IMG/VR virus record: IMGVR_UViG_3300020057_001237
Length of the DNA: 32,503 nucleotides
Reading direction: 5' to 3' (one strand)
Source of the DNA: an uncultured virus (IMG/VR IMGVR_UViG_3300020057_001237)
Lineage: Duplodnaviria; Heunggongvirae; Uroviricota; Caudoviricetes
Shown here: piece after piece, positions 1 through 9,189 of the stretch
Numbering within the stretch: position 1 is the stretch's first letter
How the letters are laid out: every line of letters begins with the position of its first letter
Notes under the pieces: generated by a model
What the model saw: the letters and a program-made list of their open reading frames with translations, nothing else
Told to the model about the DNA's origin: nothing
Database searches by the model: none
Position numbers and translations under genes: made by a program

Positions 1-3000
1 GTACCCTGTGGTTGCTGACGTTGCCGAACCGCTTTTTAACGCTGCCGACGACAGAGGTCCGGCGAGGGGCGTAGCAACTTCCGTGGTGTGGTTGAGCTTA
101 GCGATAGTCAATAGACTGCCAACACCAATCGTTTCACCACCGGCTGCATAGCCGAAGGATCTGTTGCCGACAGCAGCAGCTCCAGATCTAGCGGTTGCTA
201 ATGGAGCTACGAGGTCTGCCACTGTGCTCGTACTGTAGTTAAAAGAACTTATGAGGGTAGTAGAAGCTGCTAACACCTGTCCACCAAGCACGTAGCCGGA
301 CGCTATTGAGCTGCTGCCCACCATGTAAGCACGAGCCGAAGACATCGTGAAGGCACCCGCAAGGGATGTCTCTACGTTCAAGTTCATACCGTAAATATCT
401 GTCGAGAGTACCCCTGCGTCATCGCCGCCACCAAAGAAGGCACGAGCCGTAAGAGTGTCGTCGGCGTCGAGGTAAGCTTCCCAATAAATCGAATAGCTTT
501 GTGTCGTCGTCGTCGAGAATTTGACGGTGAACCCTTCTTCCGAAGAGTTAAGGACACCCATAGTCGGAAGCGTACAAGGCGACGTGGCTGATTCAATCGA
601 CCACATAGTCTTGATGTTTCTTGGCTTCGTAGCGAAAGGCTCGTCGAAGACGACGAAGACGCTTGACGTACCGTTGGCTACAGGGATGATACCCCGCTTT
701 TGACGAGTCGAAGCGAGATCGCCGTAAGAGAACTTAAGAGCAGTCGGCGACGATGCCGCCACGAATTGATCTTTTAAAGGCTCAGCATCAGGCAGAGTTA
801 CCGTGTAAGAAGTTGCAATAGCAACCGGAGCCTGGAAACCCGCAAAATTCGTGCCGTTGGCGGTGTCTTCGTAGAAGCGCAGAGCGGCTTGGTCGCCAAG
901 CTCCAAAGCTTGCCCGCCGACGTTTAGGTTGAACCAAGACACGTAGTTAATGGTTTGACCTAAAGAGTAGTAACCGATTGCACCAGGCAAAGCACCCGGC
1001 GTTACGAGCATTGCGTAAGAGATTTGACCGAAGGTGTCAACGGTGACGCTTGTCCCGTTAATTCCCGGCAAACCTACAGGAATAAGAAGCTGCGTACTGC
1101 TTATGTTCGTCGGCGTAGAATAGAAGGCAAACGCATTAAGTGTACCAGCACTGATACCCACACCGGCAGGGACACTCGCCCATCCGAGGTTACCAGAGCC
1201 GTCCGTGATAAGAGCTTGGTTCGCAATCCCGTCGTCATCTGGAAGGTTCCAAATGGTGCTAGTAGCTACAACAGACGGAGCTTTAAACCCGACATACCCT
1301 AAGCCGCCATCGTCGTAGAAGCGAAGAGCTACTCCGTTGAGAGCACTTAAATATTGTCCAGGGTTAAGGTCTTCAATGCGGAAGAGGTAGTTGCTGCCAA
1401 CGCCGAGGTGAACCGCACCGTAACCTGCCGAGTCTGAGTCGCCTGAAAGAAGCACGAGATCCGCGCCGTTGACGCCTGCACCGTTGCCAGCTTTCACCGT
1501 CAAAGTAGTCGGCGAAGCACCGTCAGTGCCTAAGAGATCAAACGACGAACCTGTAAAAGTAAGACCTGTTCCTGTGTAGTAAGCATTAGCTGCTGGAGAT
1601 ACCCTGCGAGTTGCTGCTTGATAAAAGGCGACAGCGTTTACCGCTCCAACGTCAACTTGGCTTTGGAAGCTCAAGATGCCTGCGGCGTTGGACGTAAGCA
1701 CGTCACCCGAAGACGCTGCGTCGGTTAAAGGCAATGTCCAAGTGATGCTCGTCGTCTGTGCGGCAGATACCGTAAAGCCGACGTAGTTAGTGTTTGTGAT
1801 TTCGTAAAGGCGAATTTTACCACTGTTACGAAGATGAAGCTCCGCCGACGCATCCACCGTCAAAAGGAAGCTAGAGTCGTTTACTTGGTTTCCGCTTGTG
1901 GGGTAGAAAGCCAAGTAACCGGAAACACCGCTTTGGACTGCACCGACCAAGGTTGAGGCGTTTACCCAACTGAAGGCACTGGCACCGTCTGAGATAAGAA
2001 CTTGACCGGAAACACCCCCCGTTAAAGGAATGTTACCAGTTGTCGAAAGGTACTCTTCGGTGAGTAGCGACCACGAGATGGCGTTAAGAGCCGTCGTCGT
2101 CATAACTCTAGAGGCTACGTTTGTGAACGATGCCACTGAATTATTTGCAGCAGCATAGTAAGCGAGAGTGTCGGCTGTGCCTGTGTTTACAGTGCCTCTA
2201 CCAACGGTGATAAAACTTAGGTTTCCTGCGCCGTCTGTAACTAGAGCTTGCTCAAAGGTACCATCGACAATCGGCAAGACGTAGCTAGTCGTGCCCGCTA
2301 ATGCTGCCGCTGCTCTCAGTTCTACATAGTCACTGCCGTTGACGGCTGCTTCATAGAAGCGGACGATACCGTTGTCTTTGATGTCAAGACGCTTGCTTGC
2401 ATCTACGATGTCAAAGAACGTCGAAGCAGAAACTTGAGTACCTGCCGATGCGTAGAACGTTGCAGCGTTGAGGGTACCGGCGTTTACTTTACCAACTAGG
2501 GACTCGGCGTTGACCCAATTGAAGGTGCTGTCAGCGTTCGAAATAAGAACTTGGTTGAGGACACCGTTGCCCAAAGGCGTATTGCCTAATGCCGCAAGGT
2601 AAGGAGCCGTCAGGAGTTGCCATGCCAAGCTGCCGGAGGGGCTCAGTAAGATACGATTAGAGACGGTGGCGAGTCCAGAGACATCGTTACCGTTGACGCT
2701 GTAGAAAGCCACCTGCTGAGCGAGAGCGTTAGCCACCGAGCCGTTGTCGGCGGGGACAACAAACGATAAGTTGCCGGAGCCGTCCGTTTGAAGGACTGCG
2801 TTAGCGGAGCCATCTTGTGCAGGCAAGATCCAAGTAGTCGTTCCGGCAAGCGTACTCGCTGCCTTAAACTCAACGTAGTCAATACCACTGATGAGGTCTT
2901 CAAAGAAACGGATCGAACCGTTGTTGCGAAGACCTAAAGCCTTGCTTCCTTCATTCGATTCGAGATAGCCGGAGTCGTCTACTTCAGAGCCCGGTGAGAC

Positions 3001-3717
3001 GGCAGAGTAAAAGGCAAGGCGGAACTGCGTACCTGGATTGATAACCGCAGGGTCGTTTACCCAAACAAAGGTTCCGTCGCCTACAGCTTTGAGCTTTTGA
3101 CCTAAAACACCATTGCCAAGAGCAACGCCACCGGAGGCGGATAAGTAGGAAGCTGTGAGAAGTCCCCAAGTCAAAACGCCTGAGGGAGAGATCAATGTAC
3201 GGTCGTTGACGGTAGACAGCGGAACAAGGGCGTTACTAGGTCCGGGACTTTGGTAGACAGGCAACGTATTGCCAACCGATGGAGCTATCGTGCCGATGGT
3301 AGAAGGCAACTGAGCTAAGATCGGAACGCCACCGATGATTTGTAGGAAATCGTTTTCAACACCGGTCAGCCAAGTGGGGACACCACCTGCGCTAGTCGTT
3401 AGGACAGCGGCGAGAGCCTGCGGAAGAACCGTAAAAGTCCCCGCTCCTGTCGAGTAAATGAATTGGTTGGCGGTCGTAAAGACGCCGCTAACAAGCACCG
3501 TCCCCGACACGTCGGGCAAAGTGTATGTTCTTAGAGCTGTGTTTGCGTGAACAAACCGACCCGTTTGGTTGTTTATGATGACATCTAAGCTAGTGCCGAC
3601 TACTTGTACGACGCCTTTGGTAGGTGATGTCGTACTTTCGAGACGCAAGCCACCGGCAGAGGCTTCACCACCGTAGAGGATGTCAGTAAAAAATTTCTGG
3701 TCCCGTGCTTTTGCCAT
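1..3717 (-). CDS. Large tail-fibre/adhesin-like structural protein, >1239 aa, 3' end runs off the window
   Basis: Not in the ORF track because it has no stop inside the window. ATG at 3717 gives MAKARDQKFFTDILYGGEASAGGLRLESTTSPTKG. The segments I translated stay open down to base 1 (...SGSATSATTGY). G/T/S/A/V-rich, with repeated fibre modules (RFYE...YVxFxA...TWxLP..DG...LxTDGSGNLSF). Confidence 0.85.
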   Translation of the reverse strand, partial: MAKARDQKFFTDILYGGEASAGGLRLESTTSPTKGVVQVVGTSLDVIINNQTGRFVHANTALRTYTLPDVSGTVLVSGVFTTANQFIYSTGAGTFTVLPQALAAVLTTSAGGVPTWLTGVENDFLQIIGGVPILAQLPSTIGTIAPSVGNTLPVYQSPGPSNALVPLSTVNDRTLISPSGVLTWGLLTASYLSASGGVALGNGVLGQKLKAVGDGTFVWVNDPAVINPGTQFRLAFYSAVSPGSEVDDSGYLESNEGSKALGLRNNGSIRFFEDLISGIDYVEFKAASTLAGTTTWILPAQDGSANAVLQTDGSGNLSFVVPADNGSVANALAQQVAFYSVNGNDVSGLATVSNRILLSPSGSLAWQLLTAPYLAALGNTPLGNGVLNQVLISNADSTFNWVNAESLVGKVNAGTLNAATFYASAGTQVSASTFFDIVDASKRLDIKDNGIVRFYEAAVNGSDYVELRAAAALAGTTSYVLPIVDGTFEQALVTDGAGNLSFITVGRGTVNTGTADTLAYYAAANNSVASFTNVASRVMTTTALNAISWSLLTEEYLSTTGNIPLTGGVSGQVLISDGASAFSWVNASTLVGAVQSGVSGYLAFYPTSGNQVNDSSFLLTVDASAELHLRNSGKIRLYEITNTNYVGFTVSAAQTTSITWTLPLTDAASSGDVLTSNAAGILSFQSQVDVGAVNAVAFYQAATRRVSPAANAYYTGTGLTFTGSSFDLLGTDGASPTTLTVKAGNGAGVNGADLVLLSGDSDSAGYGAVHLGVGSNYLFRIEDLNPGQYLSALNGVALRFYDDGGLGYVGFKAPSVVATSTIWNLPDDDGIANQALITDGSGNLGWASVPAGVGISAGTLNAFAFYSTPTNISSTQLLIPVGLPGINGTSVTVDTFGQISYAMLVTPGALPGAIGYYSLGQTINYVSWFNLNVGGQALELGDQAALRFYEDTANGTNFAGFQAPVAIATSYTVTLPDAEPLKDQFVAASSPTALKFSYGDLASTRQKRGIIPVANGTSSVFVVFDEPFATKPRNIKTMWSIESATSPCTLPTMGVLNSSEEGFTVKFSTTTTQSYSIYWEAYLDADDTLTARAFFGGGDDAGVLSTDIYGMNLNVETSLAGAFTMSSARAYMVGSSSIASGYVLGGQVLAASTTLISSFNYSTSTVADLVAPLATARSGAAAVGNRSFGYAAGGETIGVGSLLTIAKLNHTTEVATPLAGPLSSAALKSGSATSATTGY
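1660..3300 (-). repeat. Three tandem ~180-aa degenerate repeats inside the fibre protein (boundaries approximate)
   Basis: Recurring blocks LTWGLLTASYL / LAWQLLTAPYL / ISWSLLTEEYL; FVWVN / FNWVN / FSWVN; IRFFED / VRFYEA / IRLYEI; TDGSGNLSF / TDGAGNLSF / SNAAGILSF at ~550-nt spacing. Confidence 0.8.
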
Positions 3718-3729
3718 TGCGTCTCGCTT

Positions 3730-5109
3730 TTATCTACTGAACCTAGCGTCTACGTCGGTGACTTCAGGAAATAGTCGTTTAATCTCGTCTTCTTTGACGG
3801 ACATCGGTGCGGTGGTTCCCCACACTATGCAACGCTTCATATCTTTGCTGAAATGTAGGTTTCTAGTTCCTTGGACGAGGTTACCTTTGACGAAGTTGCC
3901 TACGGTTTTGTTCGAGTCTTTGGACATGATTGACGATGCGTAGATGTTGAGCATCTGTAGCATTGTGTGCTCGCCTTCACCTTCTACGTCGTTCTTGTTT
4001 TTGACCGTAATTTTTTTATTAGGTTCAAACGCCGCCGCAAACGTTAAGATCACGCAGTTAGACGGCTTCACTTCAACAGGCTTAATGGTTGGACCTTTAA
4101 AGCCGTAGTCGATGTCAGATAGAAAAAGGGCGTCGGTATAAAACTGATCCGGTTGTTTGAAAGCCTTCATCTCTTTGAGGAAGAGGTCAGCATTCTTTTT
4201 TTCGCAATGGACATAAATCATACCTGACCGTCCCGCACCCGCAGGAATGTCACCTGTGTAAAAAGCATATTTTTGTGGGTGCGGGTCGAGAAAACGGAAA
4301 TAGTTCAGAGGAACTAGCTGGTTCATTTGCATTGCAGGTATTTCACCACCTTGCGATTCAGCTCCCTCACACTCTTTAAGGTTTTCGAAAGCTTCCTGCA
4401 ACTCTACAGCTAAGAGCTGCGAGTTGCCACCGAGAGCTGCTTCGACCTTAGGTCCAAAGCTTACACCGTCGAACGGACGACTTTTCGTTAAGTTCAACGT
4501 CATGTCTTGGATGTAAACTGGAATTTCTCGGTGTTTAGCTTTTGCACCTAAAAACTTAGCGACCTTCTCTGAAGCTAAATAAGCGTAGATAGTGTCAATG
4601 CCTTGGTTCTTGGTGCTAGGCTTTTTACCTAGCAAGAGTTCGATCTCAATACCTGCACGAAGAACTGTTTGAATGTCTCTGAAGAAGCCGCCGAGCTTCT
4701 CCGCTTCGCTGATACCGGCGATGACAACGAGGTAAGGTTTGATGCTTCGCAGTTTTGCGAGGCGACCTTCTTTACAGGTTTTTTTACCGATATAAACGTC
4801 ACGAGCTTCAGTCGGCTCTTCCGTATCATCTTCTTGTTCGTCGTCGGTGCTTTGATCGCCTACACGTTGATCTTCAGGAACAGGAGCGACTAACGACTGG
4901 TCGTTGACGTTCTCAGGCTGTTGTTCAAGAAGTTCCTCAGGCGGCTTCGGCGGAGGAGGTTGAGCACTTTTTTTATTTTTAGCACTGTTACGTTGTTTGG
5001 TATTTTTGACTTGTTTACGTTGCGTCTTAGCAAATTGGTCCTTAACGCTTTTGCGGCGTTTGCCCAAAACTTCAGTCGTTCCTAGTGATAGTCGTTCCAG
5101 AAAAGTCAT
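3730..5109 (-). CDS. Hypothetical protein (459 aa), probable virion/internal head protein
   Basis: Long ORF between portal and fibre, with a basic then Pro/acidic low-complexity N-terminus. AGATTAA motif 40 nt upstream. No family recognised. Confidence 0.7.
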   Translation of the reverse strand: MTFLERLSLGTTEVLGKRRKSVKDQFAKTQRKQVKNTKQRNSAKNKKSAQPPPPKPPEELLEQQPENVNDQSLVAPVPEDQRVGDQSTDDEQEDDTEEPTEARDVYIGKKTCKEGRLAKLRSIKPYLVVIAGISEAEKLGGFFRDIQTVLRAGIEIELLLGKKPSTKNQGIDTIYAYLASEKVAKFLGAKAKHREIPVYIQDMTLNLTKSRPFDGVSFGPKVEAALGGNSQLLAVELQEAFENLKECEGAESQGGEIPAMQMNQLVPLNYFRFLDPHPQKYAFYTGDIPAGAGRSGMIYVHCEKKNADLFLKEMKAFKQPDQFYTDALFLSDIDYGFKGPTIKPVEVKPSNCVILTFAAAFEPNKKITVKNKNDVEGEGEHTMLQMLNIYASSIMSKDSNKTVGNFVKGNLVQGTRNLHFSKDMKRCIVWGTTAPMSVKEDEIKRLFPEVTDVDARFSR

Positions 5110-5148
5110 AAGATCCCTAGTAGAGAAAAGGAGAACGAAGCTTAGAAG

Positions 5149-5155
5149 TTAATCT
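5149..5155 (-). promoter_or_regulatory. Candidate late-promoter motif AGATTAA
   Basis: Intergenic, 40 nt upstream of 3730..5109. The same motif precedes several structural genes. Confidence 0.5.
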
Positions 5156-6988
5156 TCAATCTTCCTCGTAGGGCACAAGCACTTTGGAGTCTGGAACCTG
5201 CATCTCGGCAAGGATGCGGGGATCAATTTTACTCAGTGCTTTAACAAGAGGACTTTTCTTCATATTCTTCCACGCCGCAGCCGATGCTTGAGCTGACCAC
5301 CGTGGGGGTAAGACTGACTTAGACTGTGGTGATGCCTCGCCGCTGTCTGCGGGCTCTGCTGCCGGAGCGGGTTCTTCGCCACCACCCCCTGCCGTATCAC
5401 CGAAGAGATCATCTGTTCCACCGCCAGCATCGCCACTACCGAAGTCCACCGCAGCACCGCCACCGTCCGGCTGCACGACTCCTAGTTGATTGAGGCGTTT
5501 TTGGAGGACTGCGTTTTCTTCCATCATAGCAATGGCTTTGTCCAAATCGTAACCTGCTGCACTTGCCCACATACGAAGCGGAACGGGAACACCTTTGTCG
5601 GCAAGGGTTGAAAGCATATCCATATAGGCAGAGTCTTGCTCAGGACGGAGCGTATCTTCGGTAATAAGCTGCGGGATCATAAGATCACTTAGCGGAATGT
5701 TCATCGCTTCTCTTGCCGTAATGTACGCCTTCGTATGACCACTGACTCGGATGTTGTGGTTCAGTTCTGCCTGCGTTCTCTTTTGCATGTTGTGAATACG
5801 AGCAAAAGTAGGGAAGAGCTGCTTTTGGAAAATTTCCCGTAGGACGTGTTCTTTAAATGAGTTGATCTGTTTTCCTAGCGATGTCCGTGCAGCTTCCATG
5901 TTGGAGACGTTAGTCTCACCCGAGAGGTAAGCTTCGGAGACGCCGAGGGCTCGCATTTTAATCATCGAAAGAAATTCGTATTCTTGACTAATACCCCACA
6001 CGTTGCCGGGGTCTCTGACTTCGGATACTTCGACACCGTTACGAACACCGATGACACCACCGGCTGGATCTTCGTCGGCTTGTTGGAACATGTTTACGAG
6101 GGAAGCCACTTCTTCGTCGGTAGGCTCCCAGCTCTCGTCGATACCTGCCGTAAGAAGAAGAATAGAACGAGTGCGGCGACGGACGGCAATCAAACTTGAG
6201 TTCCACAGTGCGGTCTCGTAAGCCCACGCCGGAAGAATCCGTGTGTAAACGCTTGTGCCGATGTGGTCATATTGATTTACTCTTCGTGCAATCCAAAGAG
6301 TGTTCATAGGATCTAGCGGAATATAGCCTGACTGACTCTGCAAAAGCTGCAAGAGGTCAGGGCTCATATTTTCTTTCATTTCTACAATGCGGGGATCAAC
6401 ACTTCTTGCGAAGTTACGCCATGCAGGGCTTGCAAGTACGTCGATCAGCGGTTTTTGCCCTGATAAAGGTACAGGCTCGATGCGGGCTTGGTCGGGGTCG
6501 ATGGCAACGAGAGAGTCCCAATGACCTTTACGTTCGTTGAAGTTAAGCGATGAGATTGTACGACCGATGATTTGAAGCTCCCTAGAGATCATGGGCAGCT
6601 CACTCCATACTTGAAGTGCTTCAAGCATGTCGTTATACATCTGAAGAAGCTTAGGGTCGTCGATGCCGATCAGCTCGTAGTATTTGCCCCAAGGCAAAGT
6701 CGAGAAGATATCCACGACGGTCCCTGCGATGGCGTCCCGTAAGTAGATCTTGCGGAACATCTGATGCAAGCCTACCGGGTTTCTAGGAATCCAGTCTTCT
6801 AAGACTGAGCCGTCTTCGAGACGGTCTTTGACGTTGTTGAAGCGGCTACCGCCGTAAGTATCCCCCGACGCAGACACGTCGGCGTGTGCTCGGTAAGAAC
6901 CCAACGATGCCTTCTTCGTCATGTAGGGAGGATTCCTACGATCTAGGTAGGAACCTTCGGCTGGTCTTTTGTAGTTAAAGTAACCCAT
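5156..6988 (-). CDS. Putative portal protein (610 aa)
   Basis: Motif pattern recalled from large-myovirus portals: FRKIYLRDAIAGTVVDIFSTLPW, YDHIGTSVYTRILP, WEPTDEEV, KMRALGVSEAYLSGETNVSNME, VPVPLRMWA. Followed by a Gly/Asp-rich disordered tail. Confidence 0.75.
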   Translation of the reverse strand: MGYFNYKRPAEGSYLDRRNPPYMTKKASLGSYRAHADVSASGDTYGGSRFNNVKDRLEDGSVLEDWIPRNPVGLHQMFRKIYLRDAIAGTVVDIFSTLPWGKYYELIGIDDPKLLQMYNDMLEALQVWSELPMISRELQIIGRTISSLNFNERKGHWDSLVAIDPDQARIEPVPLSGQKPLIDVLASPAWRNFARSVDPRIVEMKENMSPDLLQLLQSQSGYIPLDPMNTLWIARRVNQYDHIGTSVYTRILPAWAYETALWNSSLIAVRRRTRSILLLTAGIDESWEPTDEEVASLVNMFQQADEDPAGGVIGVRNGVEVSEVRDPGNVWGISQEYEFLSMIKMRALGVSEAYLSGETNVSNMEAARTSLGKQINSFKEHVLREIFQKQLFPTFARIHNMQKRTQAELNHNIRVSGHTKAYITAREAMNIPLSDLMIPQLITEDTLRPEQDSAYMDMLSTLADKGVPVPLRMWASAAGYDLDKAIAMMEENAVLQKRLNQLGVVQPDGGGAAVDFGSGDAGGGTDDLFGDTAGGGGEEPAPAAEPADSGEASPQSKSVLPPRWSAQASAAAWKNMKKSPLVKALSKIDPRILAEMQVPDSKVLVPYEED

Positions 6989-7015
6989 AATAAGTTCATA
7001 CCTAACTAATAGATG

Positions 7016-7381
7016 TTAAAAAGGAAGCGTTACGCAGGCGTTGTAGATAGCTGCTTCTAGAGCTGTCCCCGGAATGCCGCCGCTGCACTCCCACTTCTTG
7101 GGTAATGCATGTCTCACAACTTGTTTGGTCACGAAGGAAGCTACAGGTTTGCAGACTATGACAGAGATGAGTCCTGTGGGACGATTTTCACAAAGCTTCA
7201 GTTTTTCTATTTCGTCTTGTAAATCCATAGCAATCCGTTCAGGCTTCTTACAATCAAATAATTCCGCAACACCGTCCCCTACTACCTTAGAGTATTTCGT
7301 CGTAGTTTCACAGCTCGGTTTCTTTGTACAACCAGAAAGAGCAAAAGCTAGACTGGCTAGGAAGATAACTAGGATTTTCAT
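7016..7381 (-). CDS. Cys-rich putative lipoprotein (121 aa)
   Basis: Signal peptide with lipobox (MKILVIFLASLAFALSG-C) and six further Cys. Start overlaps the upstream stop (ATGA). Confidence 0.7.
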   Translation of the reverse strand: MKILVIFLASLAFALSGCTKKPSCETTTKYSKVVGDGVAELFDCKKPERIAMDLQDEIEKLKLCENRPTGLISVIVCKPVASFVTKQVVRHALPKKWECSGGIPGTALEAAIYNACVTLPF

Positions 7382-7797
7382 AGTTTGACCCTTTGTTTAA
7401 AGTAACGGACGGCTGCGGGAAGATCTTCTCTGTCGAACTCACCAAGATCCCACAAAAGGTTAGCGATAAGCTCGGGTGCTACTTGGGCAAAGAACTTACC
7501 CCACGTTGCGTCGGGTGCTCTGTTGGGACCTGGGGCACCGAACGGGTTCGCAATACTTAAAAGCTGGTAGATCTTCGGCATAAGGCGTCTAACCTTCGAG
7601 AAGTTCATCTGTTGGATCTTCTTTTGAGCACCGAGAGCCTTTTTGGCAAACCTGTAAGGTTGTGGACCCTTCTTTGGTTTGATGGGTAACTTCGGCTTGA
7701 CGACGGGGTTTGCTCCTCGGCGTTTCTTCGGCTTTACGGGTTTTGCCGGTTTTACGATCAGCTTTTGAGCTGCTTCAACTCGCTCCACAAAACTCAT
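7378..7797 (-). CDS. Hypothetical basic protein (139 aa), possible head-internal protein
   Basis: Tightly coupled to neighbours. Begins MSFVERVEAA followed by a Lys/Pro-rich tract. Confidence 0.7.
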   Translation of the reverse strand: MSFVERVEAAQKLIVKPAKPVKPKKRRGANPVVKPKLPIKPKKGPQPYRFAKKALGAQKKIQQMNFSKVRRLMPKIYQLLSIANPFGAPGPNRAPDATWGKFFAQVAPELIANLLWDLGEFDREDLPAAVRYFKQRVKL

Positions 7798-8121
7798 TTA
7801 GACCTCCACCTTACTTGGAAAGACGACGAAGTGTCGGCTACACCACTTAGCTGCACGATCTTTGTCCAAGTAGATAGCTGTCGTAGCCATTTTACAGATG
7901 GGGCAAAAGTCGGAAGACTCCGCCGCTACCCGACCTTCGGCACGGCTTAAACCCTTCTTGGCTTCCCACCGCTTAAAGAGTTTGTCCACGGTGGCGTCGT
8001 CGGCGAGAACCGACTCGGGCTCGCCGCTATAGAAGACATCTGCGGTCACCTTCATCAAAGTGTCGAGGTCTTTGGTGGCGAACTTCGACTTCAAGACTAG
8101 GTAGATTTTCTCTTTGTTCAT
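7798..8121 (-). CDS. Hypothetical protein with C-terminal Zn-finger-like motif (107 aa)
   Basis: CPIC...WCSRH. AGAGGAAGAG RBS-like sequence upstream. Confidence 0.7.
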   Translation of the reverse strand: MNKEKIYLVLKSKFATKDLDTLMKVTADVFYSGEPESVLADDATVDKLFKRWEAKKGLSRAEGRVAAESSDFCPICKMATTAIYLDKDRAAKWCSRHFVVFPSKVEV

Positions 8122-8131
8122 GCTCTTCCTC

Positions 8132-8332
8132 TTAACCGCAGGTGGGACAAGCGGAGCCAGAGGGACCGCCGCCGTCTAATTTGAGTTTTTCGTTCTTTAG
8201 CAAACTTGTGGAGTCGTCTTGCTCCTCCATCAATGGGTGAGAAAAAAATTCTTTCTGGTAAGGCTTAACGGTCTCACAACCAGCAAGTACAATCATAGAA
8301 GCAAGACTAAGTAGTATCCTTTTCATAGGCAC
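8132..8332 (-). CDS. Small lipoprotein, DUF4266-like (~64-66 aa)
   Basis: Lipobox LAG-C, then ETVKPYQKEFFSHPLM and a C-terminal GGGPSGSACPTCG, matching the remembered DUF4266 layout. The ATG at 8326 is the likelier start. Confidence 0.6.
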   Translation of the reverse strand: MPMKRILLSLASMIVLAGCETVKPYQKEFFSHPLMEEQDDSTSLLKNEKLKLDGGGPSGSACPTCG

Positions 8333-8382
8333 CCTCTAGTTTAATCTGAGGTTTGTTCAAAACTTATCGACGGAGTAATTCA

Positions 8383-8925
8383 ATGCGTGTTCTAACTCTT
8401 CTCGCAGTTCTATTTTCCACCTCAGCTTTCGCCGATACCTTCGTAACCTACGGCTTCTTAGGGGCTACCTATCACGGCTTATCCGTAGACGAAGAGCTAG
8501 CAGACGAGATGCCGAACAAACTCACCGACGACGGCAAGCTCGTTTACCACCCCAGAGAGAGCATCCTTAAGCTAGAGACGCCGAAAACGGTGGTGTTTGG
8601 CGGCGTGCTTCACGACTGTTTCGATGAAACGGCTTATATTTTGGGTGTAGGACCGTCTTGGCAGATGGGGGAAACATGGTCGCTCGGTCTTAGCGCCGGA
8701 GCTTTCATGCGGGACAAACACTTCTTCATCGACCAAGACGGCAATCGTGCTCACACAAAAGAACTCCCCTTGATTATTGATATGGACGACAAAGAGATCG
8801 CCCCCTTCATCTTCGGCTCTGTTACCAAACGCTGGTTTATCTTTGAACACTTTGGCGTTGAGACTTCGTTAGTGTCCAACTTTGTCCTTACGCACGCCGA
8901 GTTAGGTGTGTTCGCACGTCTATGA
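8383..8925 (+). CDS. Secreted protein, probable small outer-membrane beta-barrel (180 aa)
   Basis: GGAG RBS then ATG 8383. Sec signal ...STSAFA-D, alternating hydrophobic beta-strands (YILGVG, WSLGLSAG, FGVETSL) and C-terminal LGVFARL. Confidence 0.6.
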   Translation: MRVLTLLAVLFSTSAFADTFVTYGFLGATYHGLSVDEELADEMPNKLTDDGKLVYHPRESILKLETPKTVVFGGVLHDCFDETAYILGVGPSWQMGETWSLGLSAGAFMRDKHFFIDQDGNRAHTKELPLIIDMDDKEIAPFIFGSVTKRWFIFEHFGVETSLVSNFVLTHAELGVFARL

Positions 8926-8938
8926 GGACGGTCACCGT

Positions 8939-9130
8939 ATGGGATTCAGCAAAGTGATCCTCACAAAATCGCTGCTCAAGTTTTGGATAGACGACTACGC
9001 CAACCTAAAATGTACCCTATGCGGGAGTGACCTCGTGGAGGGTGACGAAGTGGATGGCTACTACCCTTTCCATATCGAATATAACCGCTGCCAATCCTGC
9101 AAAGAAAAAGGTCTCAGCTACGAGACTTAA
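8939..9130 (+). CDS. Small Zn-finger protein (63 aa)
   Basis: GAGGA RBS before ATG 8939. CTLC...CQSC. Confidence 0.6.
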   Translation: MGFSKVILTKSLLKFWIDDYANLKCTLCGSDLVEGDEVDGYYPFHIEYNRCQSCKEKGLSYET

Positions 9131-9133
9131 GGC

Positions 9134-9168
9134 AAAGAAAAAGGGCTCTCTTTCGAGAGCCCTTCTTT
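9134..9168. terminator. Bidirectional rho-independent terminator
   Basis: AAGGGCTCTC-TTTC-GAGAGCCCTT perfect 10-bp stem flanked by A-rich and T-rich tracts, between convergent genes. Confidence 0.85.
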
Positions 9169-9189
9169 GAGTTTAAAACTCGGGCTTGC

